Both the position numbers and the translations under genes were made by a program. Positions 42,359-56,230 of a DNA stretch of 64,000 nt are shown one piece after another (position 1 is the stretch's first letter; each line of letters begins with the position of its first letter). This DNA comes from Octopus vulgaris (Eukaryota). Location of the stretch: assembly GCA_951406725.2 (NCBI GenBank), contig OX597814.1, positions 173,414,001-173,478,000 on the forward strand. Reading direction: 5' to 3'. Below the pieces are notes generated by a model. It was not told where the DNA came from, made no database searches, and saw only the letters and a list, made by a program, of their open reading frames with translations.

Positions 42359-42957
42359 AGTTAGATGGTAATTGTTTTTATTTTTCCGTCCATTCGAAAT
42401 TTTATCCCTAATAGTGGTTTGAAATTTAACTGTCCTCTCTACCGTGCAGGTAGTTCTATGATGGATACCTATTTTGTATTTAAATGTACACTGTATTTAT
42501 ATGAATAATATATAGTCTATTGACTAAATTTTTTACACGCTAGGCCTCTGGTAATGGAAATTTGTAATATTTCAGATTACCCTTTGATATTATTAATTTT
42601 ATAACTAATTACGTAACTATTTCAGAAATACTTTGCAATCATTCTTTGCACATGATCAGAGTCCCACAATAAATACAGTTGATGTTGAAGATCCACATAT
42701 ATATATATATATATATATACACTTTTTCCAGTTATGCAAATGATAAACAACCTCGCATGTCATATAAAACAGAAGACAAAGCATCATATCAAGGAAGTCC
42801 CCATTACGTCACGCCTCCTTTAAAACCTTATGTTTGCGGCCATAGAGAGAGAGAGGAAGAGAGAAAGACGGAGCACGAAGAGAAAACTTGTAGAATAATA
42901 AAAAAAGAAAAGAAGGAAACTAAAAGGAGGTATGCATGTATGTAATTGTATGCAAAG

Positions 42958-43230
42958 TTGCGTGGCTTAGTGGTTAGGTTATTCGGCTCACGCCCGTAAG
43001 GCCGTGAGCTCAATTCAGGGCGACGCGTTGTGTCCTTGAGAAAGACACTTTATTTCACGTTACTTCAGTCCACTCACATGGCAAAAATGAGTTGTGCCTG
43101 TATTTCAAGGGCCGACCTTGTCATATTCTATATCACGCCGAATATCCCCGAGAACTACGTTAAGTGTACGTTTGCCTGTGGAGTTACTCGAATCAACTGG
43201 AACACGCGTTGCTGTAACCGACAAAGTGCT
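42958..43230 (+). mobile_element. SINE family B copy
   Basis: GCGTGGCTTAGTGGTTAG head; homologous to 26797. Confidence 0.75.
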
Positions 43231-43254
43231 TGTATGTATGCACGTATATAAATA

Positions 43255-43470
43255 TATAAACACACCAACACCGGTTGTCAAGTGGGGATGGGGTACAAGC
43301 TCAACCACAAAAACAAACACACATAGAAATATATATACATATATTCGACGGGCTTCTTTCAGTTTCCGTCTACCAAATCCACTCACAAGGCTTTGGTTGA
43401 CCCGACACTATAGTAGAAGACGCCCAAGGTGGTTTGGAAGCAAGCTTCTTACCACATAGCCATGCCTGTG
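43255..43470 (-). mobile_element. SINE family A, partial
   Basis: CGACGGGCTTCTTTCAGTTTCCGTCTACCAAATCCACTCACAAGG. Confidence 0.8.
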
Positions 43471-43509
<39 letters not shown>

Positions 43510-43519
<10 letters not shown>

Positions 43520-43874
43520 GGCAGTTTGTCTGTGCGTGTTTCTGCGTGTCTGTTTGCTTGTACCCTCACCCTGACCACGGCTTTCAACCGATTCTGATGA
43601 AACTTGACACACACATAGCCCAATGTCATAATTCAAAACTTACGCAGCGAAAATTTTGAAAAGTTCCCCCAGTTCTAAAAAAAAATCGATAAAATCGACA
43701 TGGGGTCGAGAATCAGAAACAAACCACAGACTGTCTAGGGGACGCAACTCAACCTTTTTTAACTAAAAAAAAAATTTACCATAATTTTTTGGCTATTTTT
43801 TGGCTATAACTCTCTAAAAATGCTTTATAGTTATTTCCCTTACAAACCTGAGCAACGCCGGGCGATACTGCTAG
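43510..43874 (+). mobile_element. non-autonomous Helitron
   Basis: 3' end C.GAGCAACGCCGGG hairpin followed by CTAG|T; the last ~100 bp are shared with 47970-48366. Confidence 0.75.
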
Positions 43875-43877
43875 TAT

Positions 43878-44280
43878 ATATATATTTAGTGAAGGGAAGA
43901 TTCGCATATTGAGAGACAGTCTTGTACCATTTTTACCATGGGCTCCTAGGGATTTGCTGCGCATTTGTTTTGAGATTTTAAATTCCTGGATTTTCCTGAA
44001 GAGAAAGCTGCAGAATGGTCTCATTCAATCCGAATTCGGGAATTTGCAGCCTTTGAAACATGTGTAGAAAATAATAAAAAGGAATTTTGTAGAATCTTCG
44101 TTCGGCTCCATTTCTTCCCTTCACTAAATATATAAAACTTCAATTATCCGCGCTAAAGCACGGGGGCGAAACCCCATGGTCGTAACCTCAACCGTGTCTT
44201 TTCTGGTGTGATTTTTGCTACACAGGTATCGGTTAAATTTTGAATAATCCGTAACAAGATAATTCATTTATCCATTTCAT

Positions 44281-44285
<5 letters not shown>
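43878..44285 (+). mobile_element. (TA)n-embedded mini-element: ~22-bp inverted repeat enclosing a hammerhead, plus a conserved tail
   Basis: TATATTTAGTGAAGGGAAGA ... TCTTCCCTTCACTAAATATA; the tail is similar to 17354-17500. Confidence 0.8.
43990..44072 (+). ncRNA. type I hammerhead ribozyme motif
   Basis: ATTTTC-CTGAAGA-GAAAGCTGCAGA..TTTGCAGCCTTT-GAAA-C-ATGT-G-TA-GAAAAT; GUA site, predicted cleavage after 44066. Confidence 0.8.
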
Positions 44286-44327
<42 letters not shown>

Positions 44328-44695
44328 TGAGCTTGTTGATCAGTGCTACCCTAGTCCAATCAAGCTAACTGAAATTTTCATTTGGCAATCACTTTTGGTC
44401 TTTAGTATTGTAATGAGGACCATTATTATTATCATTCAATGAAGCTACTGCTCTGTCTTTATTCTTTCATCTTCGCGTATTCATCCTGATTGTAATTCAA
44501 GCAAACTCTTTGAACAAAAACTGTTTTATTGACTATCTTCCAACGAAGGCATCAACGCACATTTTTTGATGATTCACGATTACACCACCAGATGATTAAA
44601 AATTAAAAAAGAACATATATGTGTACATGTGTGTATGAGCGCGCTCGCGCAAGTCTGTGTGTGTCTTTATATATATATGTGTGTGTGTGTGTATA

Positions 44696-44787
44696 CAGTA
44701 ATCCTTCGACTATCGCGGGTGTTACGTTCCAAAACCCCACACGATAGGTGAAAATCCGCGAAGCAGAAACAGTACTGTACTGTGTGC

Positions 44788-44832
<45 letters not shown>

Positions 44833-44907
44833 TAAATGCAAAACGACATCACGGAGGAATCGACATAAGCTTAAATAGGTTTACCGCGATATGGCGAGGG
44901 ATCACTG
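44696..44907. mobile_element. pogo/Tigger-type MITE
   Basis: TA|CAGTAATCCTTCGACTATCGCGG ... CCGCGATATGGCGAGGGATCACTG|TA. Confidence 0.85.
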
Positions 44908-44978
44908 TATGAACAATCATTTGCCACTTACAAACACACATCAAGGAAACAATCTTTCTTGACACCTTTCCTCTAGAT

Positions 44979-45308
44979 CATGCCTGACCAACTCGAATTA
45001 CATGGCAGGCCACCTTAGTCACAGAAAGGTTTTTGAGGGCCGCTTGTATACTAACAGAATTGAAAGCATTTTGCTTTCTCATGCTAATATCACAATTATG
45101 AATGAATGATCACTGATTCATGAAATATTATCTTTGCAAAAACAGTAGTAGCTTTCTTTTTTTTACTTTTCATTACAATCTTTAATTTTTGATAAAGTTT
45201 TTTAAATGTTTGTTTAAATAAAACCATTTCAGGAAAGTATCAAGCAAGCCGCAAGATAAAAGTATGCGGGCTGCATGCGGCCCGCGGGCCTCAGACTGGC
45301 TAGCCCTG
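44979..45308. mobile_element. hAT (Charlie-like) MITE with an 8-bp TSD
   Basis: CTCTAGAT at 44971-44978 and 45309-45316; imperfect TIRs; GCGGCCCGCGGGCC subterminal motif. Confidence 0.85.
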
Positions 45309-45493
45309 CTCTAGATGAACAAGATAACTAAAACTTTCAACGTTACAATAAATGCCTGATGGCTTCACATCTCTTTCAATTCTAAACCCTGTTAGAAATG
45401 CCAGAATCAAAGACTTGCTTTCTTTTCGGCTCAAGAATATATTTCACCTCTGTACAAAGCAAAAATATAAACTTTACATTGTATAAGGGCCTT

Positions 45494-45712
45494 AAGGTGA
45501 TGAGCTTGCAGAATCGTTAGTACGCCGGATAAAATACTTAGCGGCATTTCGTCTCTATCATTTACGTTCCGAGATCAAATTCCGCCGAGGCCAGCTTTGC
45601 CTTTCCTCCTTTCGAGTTCAATAAAATAAGTAACAGTCAAACACTGGGGGTCAATATAATTAACTACCCTCTCCCACCAAATTTCAGGTCTTTTGCCTAA
45701 GTCGAAAGGATT
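45494..45712 (+). mobile_element. SINE family C copy
   Basis: Homologous to 56659. Confidence 0.8.
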
Positions 45713-46815
45713 ATATAGAGGCTTTTGTAGGTTAAAGTTGAACATGTAGCTGTACATAAATATGTACAAGCCTATGCAAGAAAAAATGAGGGAGATTGGT
45801 AGTTGTCCATGCATGAAAGTTTCCCCTCTCCGCTTCACCGATGTTACCCTATGGAAAGCAAGTTATCCAATTTTCTAACACTTCACCTAATCCACCACCG
45901 TGAATTGGTACATATTTTGTTGATCCTTAATGCATGACAGACAAAGCTGACTTTGGCGAAATTTGAACTCGGAGCGCAGGGATTCAGAGCAACTACCACA
46001 AGGAATTCTGTCCAGTGTTCCAATGATTTTACCAATTCGCTTCCACATTTATACACATAAAAGATAATCCTAGACCACATAAAAAAAAGCCATCTAACTG
46101 ACTGTGAAAAACTCAGCTATTAACTCTTGACAAACTCTTGCTTTGATCATAGACGTGCTCGACCAAGACAGAACAACAACAACAAGAAAAATATTGATTT
46201 ATATGTATGGAGTTGGCTTTCGCATTTTTTCTTAATATCTGTTAGTTGAAAATGAGTAAGCACTTAATGAAACCAAGGTTACCTTCTCCACAAGATTCAG
46301 GAGCTTGTTTATTAGGATAATTTATGTGGCGTTAAAAGAATGCGAAACATGGACTGTTAATCAATTCATAGGAACGACCGGTTAAATTAGAAAACTACGT
46401 GTGATATATTACCTATAAGGTGTAAATTTTGTTCATTTAAACACGGTTGCTCTTTAGTATTCCGCCTGTAGCAAATTTAGTTCACTCACGAAGGTAGAAA
46501 CATGATTACGACAGCATACATGTTCAGGTAAGTTAACCAAGGTTGTTATCATTACGTTATATATAGGTATTACTGATAGAGTTCCTTCTTGGTAGGATTA
46601 TGTTGTGTATCGGTGTAGCGTGCTCTGCCAAGAGCCGGATCGCCCCATCATCCCAGATTGAACAAACCGCGCACACACACACAAACACACGCACACACAC
46701 ACTCATACACACACACACACACACACACATACTCACACACACACATATATATAAGGAGAATAGAAGTTGAAAATGCACTGAGAATAGTTAAAATATTCTT
46801 TCATTATATTTAAAA

Positions 46816-46898
46816 ATTTAACCGGTTTCACAGTTTACACTGATTTTCAAAGCTTTTTGAAAATCAGTGTTCAGTGTAAATTGTGAAACCGGTTAAAT
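46816..46898. repeat. short palindrome of a hammerhead-like motif (TTGAAAA core, GAAACCGGTT)
   Basis: ATTTAACCGGTTTCACAGTTTACACTGATTTTCAAA-GC-TTTTTGAAAATCAGTGT-TCAGTGTAAATTGTGAAACCGGTTAAAT. Confidence 0.65.
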
Positions 46899-47012
46899 AT
46901 ATACATATATATATATATACGTTTAAAAACATATATTATGGAGATGTACTTGCATAGCAAGGGACCTGATCTGAGATCGTGTGCAGGAACGAAAACAACT
47001 GTAGCACGGAAT

Positions 47013-47063
47013 TTTGTCAGTGAACAGGTCGCGGTCTCATAGCGATGAAAATATTTTGACAAA
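47013..47063 (+). ncRNA. hammerhead-like motif, G3-C8 swapped core
   Basis: TTTGTCA-GTGAACA-G-GTCGC..GCGAT-GAAA-ATAT-TT-TGACAAA; 7-bp helix I and palindromic helix III. Confidence 0.65.
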
Positions 47064-47505
47064 TTAAATTTAAATATTGAAGTGAATCTAACGGTTTTCG
47101 TGTGTTTCTTAAATGATTTATAAACACCTTCCACACTGCAAAAACAAAACATATAATAAATTCACAAACAAATGAAAAACAGACACGGAAGGTGACCAAA
47201 TCTCTCATCTGTTTTCTGTTTGTTTGTGGATTTATTATGTTTTTTAACTTATTTGATGGAACGTCACTTACCCTTATTTTGTTTAAAGTAAGTATATATC
47301 AAAACAGGAGGTTGGAAAATTTGCTGGGTAATGCTTATTCACCATTACATGCGTTTCATTTGCCAAAGGAGTTACAAAATTGTACCAATGGAAAAAAAAA
47401 ACATGTTTTCTCAATGAATCAAACGATTATTTGATTTTCTGTCTCAGGAAAACCTTGCTGCTCGACAAGAGGGACTGATAGACAAAGTACTAATCTTTAA
47501 AAACA

Positions 47506-47550
<45 letters not shown>

Positions 47551-47551
<1 letters not shown>

Positions 47552-47800
47552 AGGCACATGACTTAGTGGTTAGAGCAGCGGACTCGCGGTCGAGGGATCG
47601 CAGGTTCGAATCTCAGACCGGGCAATGTGTGTATTTATGAGCGAAACACCTAACCTCCACGCGGCTCTTTCGCCACAACTTTCTCTCACTCTTTCCTCTT
47701 GCATCTTGCAGCTCACCGGCGTCCCGTCCAGGTGGGGAACCTATATGCCAAGGAAACCGGTAAACCGGCCCTATGAGCAAGGCGTGGTTCGAGAAAGAAC
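47551..47800 (+). mobile_element. tRNA-derived SINE (family B-related), with clear A and B boxes
   Basis: TGACTTAGTGG A-box, GGTTCGAATCT B-box; homologous to 51722-51980 and 56017. Confidence 0.8.
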
Positions 47801-47969
47801 AAACAACAACATATATATATAGTACTATTGTTGATTTCTTCGATTAAACCCTTTCTGGTTGTACTCCAGCATGACCGCGGTCCAATAACTGAAAGAAGTA
47901 AACGATAAAAGATAAGAAAACATAGTTCAATTATCAGATCGAGAGCTCGAAACAAAACAAAGGGTATAA

Positions 47970-48366
47970 TCTTTATATATAAAAGTCAAGTTGTGTGTCT
48001 GTCTCCTACGATTTAGATTCCTAACTACTCCTACATTTTGCGGTGCAGTTTAACCAAAACCGGGTATCTTATAGTCGTGATTCATATCGAGCCCTTCTGG
48101 GTATTAGCGCGCGTCTACGAGGAGTCTACGATTAAAAAAAAAATTACCATAATTTTTTCCATTTTAATGCATTTTTTCGCTATTATATAATGGGAAGTAA
48201 CTCTCTAAAAATGTCTACGATGAGTCAACGATTTTTAAAAAGATTTACCATCATTTTTTTCCATTTTTAATGCATTTTTTTGCTATTTTTTTGGCTATAA
48301 CTCTCTAAAAATGCTTATATAGTTATTTCCCTTACAAACCCGAGCAACGCCGGGCGATACTGCTAG
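47970..48366 (+). mobile_element. non-autonomous Helitron, complete termini
   Basis: A|TC start, 3' CCCGAGCAACGCCGGG hairpin, CTAG|T end, internal ~100-bp duplication. Confidence 0.85.
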
Positions 48367-48689
48367 TTATTATATAATCTAATTACAACTACAGACTTAT
48401 CCGAACTTCAGGCTCACGGTCGAAAAGTGGCAAGTAAACAGTCTGTGTCTTCGCTTCTTTGGTGCTGAGTGAAACCATTTACGAATCCAGATTAGTTATA
48501 GTGAGGCACTTCAGAGTCTGTGCGTGTGTTCGAGTCTAGTATGAAGTTCTCAGGCTGAAGATCTGATCTGACTCGAATAATGCAGGAGGGAATGGACTTC
48601 ACTAAAGGCATCCACGGTTCAATTGGTGGTGTTCAAATAGGAGATGGATTAAGCTTGTTCGTTTATGTGTGCGTGTATGTGTACGTGTA

Positions 48690-49560
<871 letters not shown>

Positions 49561-49992
49561 GAATGAAAGCAAGTGAGAAGAGAACGGATGAAAGGAAAAA
49601 AAACGAAAGAAAGGAAGGAAGGAAGGAAGGCAAGAGTGAAAGCAACAAAGCAAGTAACGTGATAATGTGTGGGATGCTGTTTTTGACAGACGCGCGACGT
49701 GGAAGATTTAATTATGCAACGCAATCTGATTCTTGAAAGAAAATAAATACTCCCTCCAACCCCCCACCCCCACCCCCACCCCCTCTCCCACCCACCCATC
49801 CAACCCTCCACCCCCACCACCCCACCACCTCTTTCTCTCAAAAGTTCTAAAAGAAATCTAAAGCCGAAACATAACCAAGAAAAAAAAAAAAAAAAAAAAA
49901 AACAACAAAAAAAACAAAACCAAAAAAAAATCAAAACAAAGACAAAACAAAACAAGACAAAAAAAAACAATAATAATAATAAAACTATGCAA

Positions 49993-50040
<48 letters not shown>

Positions 50041-50179
50041 TTGATTATTTTATTTCATAGTTTAATCTGAAAAGAAGATCGCTTGAGACGGTTGTCACCT
50101 CACACTTGCAACGTCGTCTTCATATTTTTTGACATTGAAAACAAATAGATATTCGGGGTTTTTTTTTCTCTCTCATTTT

Positions 50180-50915
50180 GTTTGTGTGTGTGTGCGTGTG
50201 TGTGAATGCGTAAGTGTGTTTGTGAGTGTGTGTGTGTACTTGAGCACGTGTGCAGGTATGTGTGAGTGTGCGTACGTATGCGGGTGTGTGTGTAAGTGCG
50301 TGTGTGCTTGCGTACGTGTGCGCGGGTTTTTGTGAGTGTGCGAGCGTGTTTGTGTGTGTGTGTGTGCGTGCGTACGTGTGTGCGCCTGTGTGAGTGTGCG
50401 AGCGTGTGTGTTTGTGTGTGTGTGTGTGTGTGTGCGCGTGCGTACGTGTGCAGGTGTGTGTGAGTGTGCGAACGTGTGTGTGTGTATGTGTGTGTGTGCG
50501 TGCGTACGTGTGTGTGTGTGTAAGTGTACGAGCGTTTGTGTGTGTGCGTGCGTACATGTGTGTCTATGTGTGTAAGTGTACGAGCGTGTGCGTGAGTGTG
50601 CGAGCGTGTGTGTATGTGCGTGTGTGTGTATGTGTGTGTGTGTCTGCTTGCGTGTGTGTGCGTGTGCACGTATGTGTGTGCACGTATGTTTGTGCATATA
50701 TGCGTGCCTACGTCTGTGTGTGTGTATGTATGTGCACATGTGCTATTATGTATATGCATGTCTTTGTATGTATGTATATATTAGTGTGTGTGTGTACATG
50801 ATTGCATGTGTGCATTCGTTAGTATATGTGTATGTTTGTATGGAAGTTTGGACATGCGTGTGTGTTTATATATATATGTATGTGCGTGTATGCTAGTATG
50901 TGTATGCATGTTCGT

Positions 50916-50946
<31 letters not shown>

Positions 50947-51220
50947 CAAGTGTGTGTACGTTTGTACGGGTGCGCGTATGCCGGCACGTGTCTGTATATC
51001 TGTATGCACGCGTATGTTTATATGTGTATTTGTATGTATGTGTGTGTGTTTATATGCGTTTACGTACATACAAGTATGCTCGTGTGTGTGGATGTTAGTG
51101 TGTACGTATGTGTATGATGAACATAGGTGTATGCTTGTATGTGCGTATGTTTCTCTGTGTGAGTGTTTGGTTGTTGTTGTTGTTGTTGTTGTTGCTGCTG
51201 CTGTTGTTGTTGTTGTTGTT
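50180..51220. repeat. degenerate (GT)-rich cryptic microsatellite
   Basis: Direct reading. Confidence 0.9.
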
Positions 51221-51604
51221 GTTATACTACAAGACCACTTGCAGCTCAATGAATTAACAGATGTCGTTGCTGGGAATGTGCTATAAGAGAATACAAAGAC
51301 CCAGTCTTCGCCTACGCATCAAATAAATGAATGAATGAATGAAATAAATAAATAAAATAAATAAATAAGCGCACCTCGGAAATTAAGTTCCATCTCTTGA
51401 TTTTGTTCTCTGATAATTTCTGAAACCGATAGCCAACGATAGTAACGACCATTCTGACTTCAATGATACACAGAGAGAATTGGGGAGAAGGGGAGGAGCG
51501 AAAGATGGGGAGGAGTGAGAGAAGGCGAGGTGATCGAGAGAGAGAGAGAGAGAGAGAGAGGTGCAAGACAGTTGGTACAATGCCAAACTTTGTATTTTGT
51601 TAAG

Positions 51605-52172
51605 CAGTAGTTCTCAAATTGTGCACAAGTTGTACTTAGGTCTGCCGTTGATTTTTTTCTTTTTAAATATCATTTGTACCCACTTAATCCATTTACAATT
51701 TTTTTGTGCGCATTTTTCAAGCCTAGCCAGGCTCATGGGCCCGGTTTCCCGGTTTCTGTGGCGTATGTGTTCCCCCCAGCTGGACGGAACGCCAGTCCAT
51801 GGCAACGTTACTCAAGAAACAGGAAGAAAGAGTGAGAGAAAGTTGGGGCGAAAGAGTATAACAGGGACCGCCCCCCCCCCCTGCCGCTAAATAAACACAC
51901 ACAACGACCGCTCTGGGAATCGAAACCACGATCCTCCGACCACGAGTCCGGTACCCTAACTACTGGGCCATTGCGCCTCCAAATCCATATACAAATACGG
52001 ATATTAAATAAAGCTAAATAAAACGAGAATTTTTTTTCAAAATGTTTAACTTTGCAATAGGATTTTTTTTTTAAATTATAACTTTCCACGCGAAATGCAC
52101 CAGTGATATTTTCCATTTAATCTCCAGAGTCTAAAAGTTAGACTACAAAGTCTAAAAGTTTGAGAACCACCG
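51605..52172. mobile_element. hAT-like MITE containing a nested SINE (51722-51980, minus strand)
   Basis: CAGTAGTTCTCAAA ... TTTGAGAACCACCG TIRs; no clean TSD. Confidence 0.65.
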
Positions 52173-52776
52173 CTGAAGAGTGAGCGATGGTGTGAGCGAC
52201 AGGAATAATCTGGATGATGGTTAGGTTGTGCAGAGCAGTCTTTTCTATACTGTTGCATAATGTGATCTTCCTGAAGCCTTATCTCTCTCAAGCCAAATAT
52301 TACGGCCTAAAAATGTATCAATGCATTAGATATAGTACGAGATGCAAGATATTATAGCTTAAAGAGCAGAATAAAAACCTCACAATATTTTGTCAAGCGC
52401 TAAAACATTTTCGCTTTGTGGTATCGAGTTCGAAAGGAAGAAAAATAGAGTGTGGTCACACATAGAATATTGATTATTTGTCCTGCTTTACAGAGGCTGA
52501 TCTGGTTAATTCTAAACCACAGCTACGATACTGAGCCAACGAGGGAGCTACTATTTAGCCACTCAATCTGCTAAAAATGGCAGTCAAATTTTTCCCCAAA
52601 CAAATTCCTACGTAATCCGGAATGCATCATTCTTGAAAGTAACGATAGGTCATTGTTTAAATACTATTGAGCATAAGTCTTCTCCAGTTGCCTCGACCTG
52701 CAGTTAAATAACCACAATAGTAAGAAATTCTAGTATTCTGGAAAAGGCAACGATTCCTCGGTTAGATACTAAGAAG

Positions 52777-52861
<85 letters not shown>

Positions 52862-53952
52862 GTATATAATTCATTCACCTACTTAAATATATATATATAT
52901 ATATATATATAAATACAAAGAATGGAATGAACAAATCATTTTATTACTTCAATTTATTGTTTCATCATGGTTTTATATAATCAATCTTGCAACGTCATGC
53001 AATAATTCATGCAGTCATTGATTATTGTATGACAAACCAGGCGCTATTATACTTAATCTTCTTTCTTGATAGTTGCCAGATTAGATTTTCCAGGGAGGTA
53101 TTATGCTTCTTGCTTGTACTTCGGAATGATGCAAATGCTTCTGTCATCTTTTGTAGTAATCCGCAGTCGCGCCTATATACCTGAATATGTACAGTGCATT
53201 TATAATTATTATCCAAAGGATAACTGTCTTAAAGAAAAGCCGCTAACTGTGTCATAAAATCTTAACATACATTTAATGAAGCAAGCAGCTATAAAAACTT
53301 GTTTGCATCAGACTTAAAAACCGATTGATAAAGTCAACTATCCCGTTTAAACAAAATAACATTCCTTTGACCAATTCAATTCTTGGCACTCATTTGTTTG
53401 GATTATGTAAATGTGTTCATGTAGACACTTATAACTGGGTACGTATGTATATATTCAGGGTTTCCTGAATTCGATCTGCATATTATTTTCTTCGCAATTC
53501 TAAAGAGTTTCTTTCGATATGTGTTATGAAGGATGCCATCAATTAGCACATGGAAAGTAATCAATGGTTACATGAATTATTTCATAATATTGTAAGATTG
53601 ATTAAATTGTTAAAATTCGATGAAACAACTGTAAATTGAAGTAAAAAGTCGATTCTTTATACAGTCCATTCTTTATATATGTCATTGTAAAATCTCAGTT
53701 ATTATTTGTGGATTTTCAGATATTTATTTGGCAGAACAAACGATTCCCATTTTACTATTTTGTCTGAAAGCCAATATTCGTGGATGACCTTCATATAGTA
53801 AACACCAGACTTATATGCCCCAGTAAAATTATCGCGAGCGCGTGTGCATTTTTGTGTGTGAGTGTGCGTGTGTGTGTGAGAGAGAGAGAGAGAGGAAGAC
53901 AACGTGTGTGAACGTGCATATACGTACATATATTTAAGCATGAATACAGATA

Positions 53953-53991
<39 letters not shown>

Positions 53992-54007
53992 TTATGTTTG
54001 TATATTC

Positions 54008-54269
<262 letters not shown>

Positions 54270-54270
<1 letters not shown>

Positions 54271-54402
54271 ACAACAGGATTCCGCACAGTTTCCATCTAC
54301 CAAATTCAATCACAAGGTATTGGCTGTCTCGGAGCTACAGTAGAAGATACTTGACCAAGTTACCGCGCAGTGGGACTGAACCCTAAACCATACTGCCATG
54401 CC
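54270..54402 (-). mobile_element. SINE family A, 5' part, diverged
   Basis: CAGTTTCCATCTACCAAATT..GTAGAAGATACTTG..GCAGTGGGACTGAACCC. Confidence 0.7.
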
Positions 54403-55263
54403 TGACCTATACACACCCACACACACATGTATGTAGATATGTATGTAATTTTAGCTAAATATTGAAGGTGCATCTTGTTTAGTGATTCAAATGAAAATAC
54501 AAAAGACGGTGAGTTAGAAGTTTGAAAGTCAAATACAAAAATAATTCGTGTAAGATATTTTTTAAATAACATTTCTTAACATGCAACATAGTTGAGTCAA
54601 ATGATACAACTTGCTGATTCAAAACAGAGATTAACAGTTTGTATTAGGTCACCGATATTAAGCTGAGTTGCTGACGAAAGCATTTATCTTTTAATAGCCC
54701 AGTTCATTCAGCAGTAAATAGATGCATGGACAAGATATGTTACACTCATGCAGACAAACGCTATATGGCGCGGGGTTTTTGCGAATTGCCATGTTCAGAT
54801 TAAATATTCCTGTGACGGAAGCGATGGAAAAATCGCATCGATGTAGTTTTCTTTATCACGTGGGAATCACGTGGTCCAAAACCATAGATTTTTATCACCT
54901 GCTGATGAATATCTCTAATTTTTAAAAAATCTAGACACTGTCTTTAATTTTTAATTCGTTAGAAATAAAACGTTTGTGAAATTATATTTATAAGTGATTT
55001 ACCACATATTTTAAAAGTGATTCACTACTTTTTTTTTCAGATTCTTTAACACGCTCCTCTTGTTAGTTTTCGAAGGAAATGCTACTCACCTCTCACCTCA
55101 CCCCGTTACCATTGCTTTTCTTTCTTTATCTTCGTTCATTAAATCAGGCAAATTTTTTTAACCTTCGCCATCTGGAATTGAGATAGAGTTATGTCAATGC
55201 AGTGGCAGTTGAGCTTGAATTATTGCAGGTTTCTAATTTGAAGTAAAAGATGAACTGAAACAA

Positions 55264-55325
<62 letters not shown>

Positions 55326-55328
55326 ATA

Positions 55329-55546
55329 CGAAAGGGGTGCTGAAAAATTTCTGGCTTAGGGTAAAACCAAATACAGGAGGATCTGTTAATTTATGATTTT
55401 ATTTAACATATTCCCCTCTCAGAAGCACACACTTATCGCAGCGGTCCTTCAGTTTTTCTAAGTCCTGTAAAAAGACTCAGAAGGCTAGGCCTTCAACCAG
55501 GCCTTTTGCGACACCCTTAAAACCAAGAACTTTTCAGCACCCCTCG
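55329..55546. mobile_element. mariner-type MITE
   Basis: TA|CGAAAGGGGTGCTGAAAAATTTCTGG ... CCAAGAACTTTTCAGCACCCCTCG|TA. Confidence 0.85.
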
Positions 55547-56016
55547 TATACATGATATATACATACACACATACACATATGTTATGCATATCCATAGATA
55601 TATGTAGTTGGCTGGCTGGCTGGCTGGCTGGCTGGATGGATGGATGGATGGATGGATGGATGGATGGATGGAAGGAAGGAAGGAAGGAAGGAAGGAAGCT
55701 CATTTATTCTCAGTTGTATTCACAGCTGATATCCTTGTTAGCATCTTCCAAACATTGACCACAGTTGACGCAAAGCATTTTCTTAAGACTTAAGAGACAT
55801 TAAGAAAAAATGTGAGGACTAAATTTTGTTACAAAATACAATTATTCTAATGAATCGATTTGTCTTGGGATGATTTCAAATCCAGCTTTTTTTCATTTAT
55901 CGGGATTTCAGAGACTTAAGATTAAAATGTTAGTACCAGTACTTTTAAACTAATACTGGAGATATGGTTGGTCATAAACTATATCATTGATTATTTATTT
56001 CCCTATTCTCCTCATG

Positions 56017-56230
56017 TGGAGGCTCATGGCTTAGTGGTTAAGATGTTGAACTCATGATCTTTAGATTATGGTTTCAGTTCTTAGACTGGGCGATATGTTG
56101 TGTTCTTCAGCAAAACACTTCATTTCATATTGCTCCAGTTTACTCAGCTGGCAAAAATGAGAAATCCTGCGACGGACCGACGTTCCGTCCAGTGGATGAA
56201 TATAAGCGCCACGGAAACCGGGAAACTGGA
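56017..56230 (+). mobile_element. SINE family B-related copy
   Basis: GGAGGCTCATGGCTTAGTGGTTA head; CAGCTGGCAAAAATGAG core. Confidence 0.7.

Noticed and set aside
47551-47625. Possible tRNA gene
   Set aside because: The acceptor stem is not convincingly paired and the sequence continues into a SINE body found at other loci
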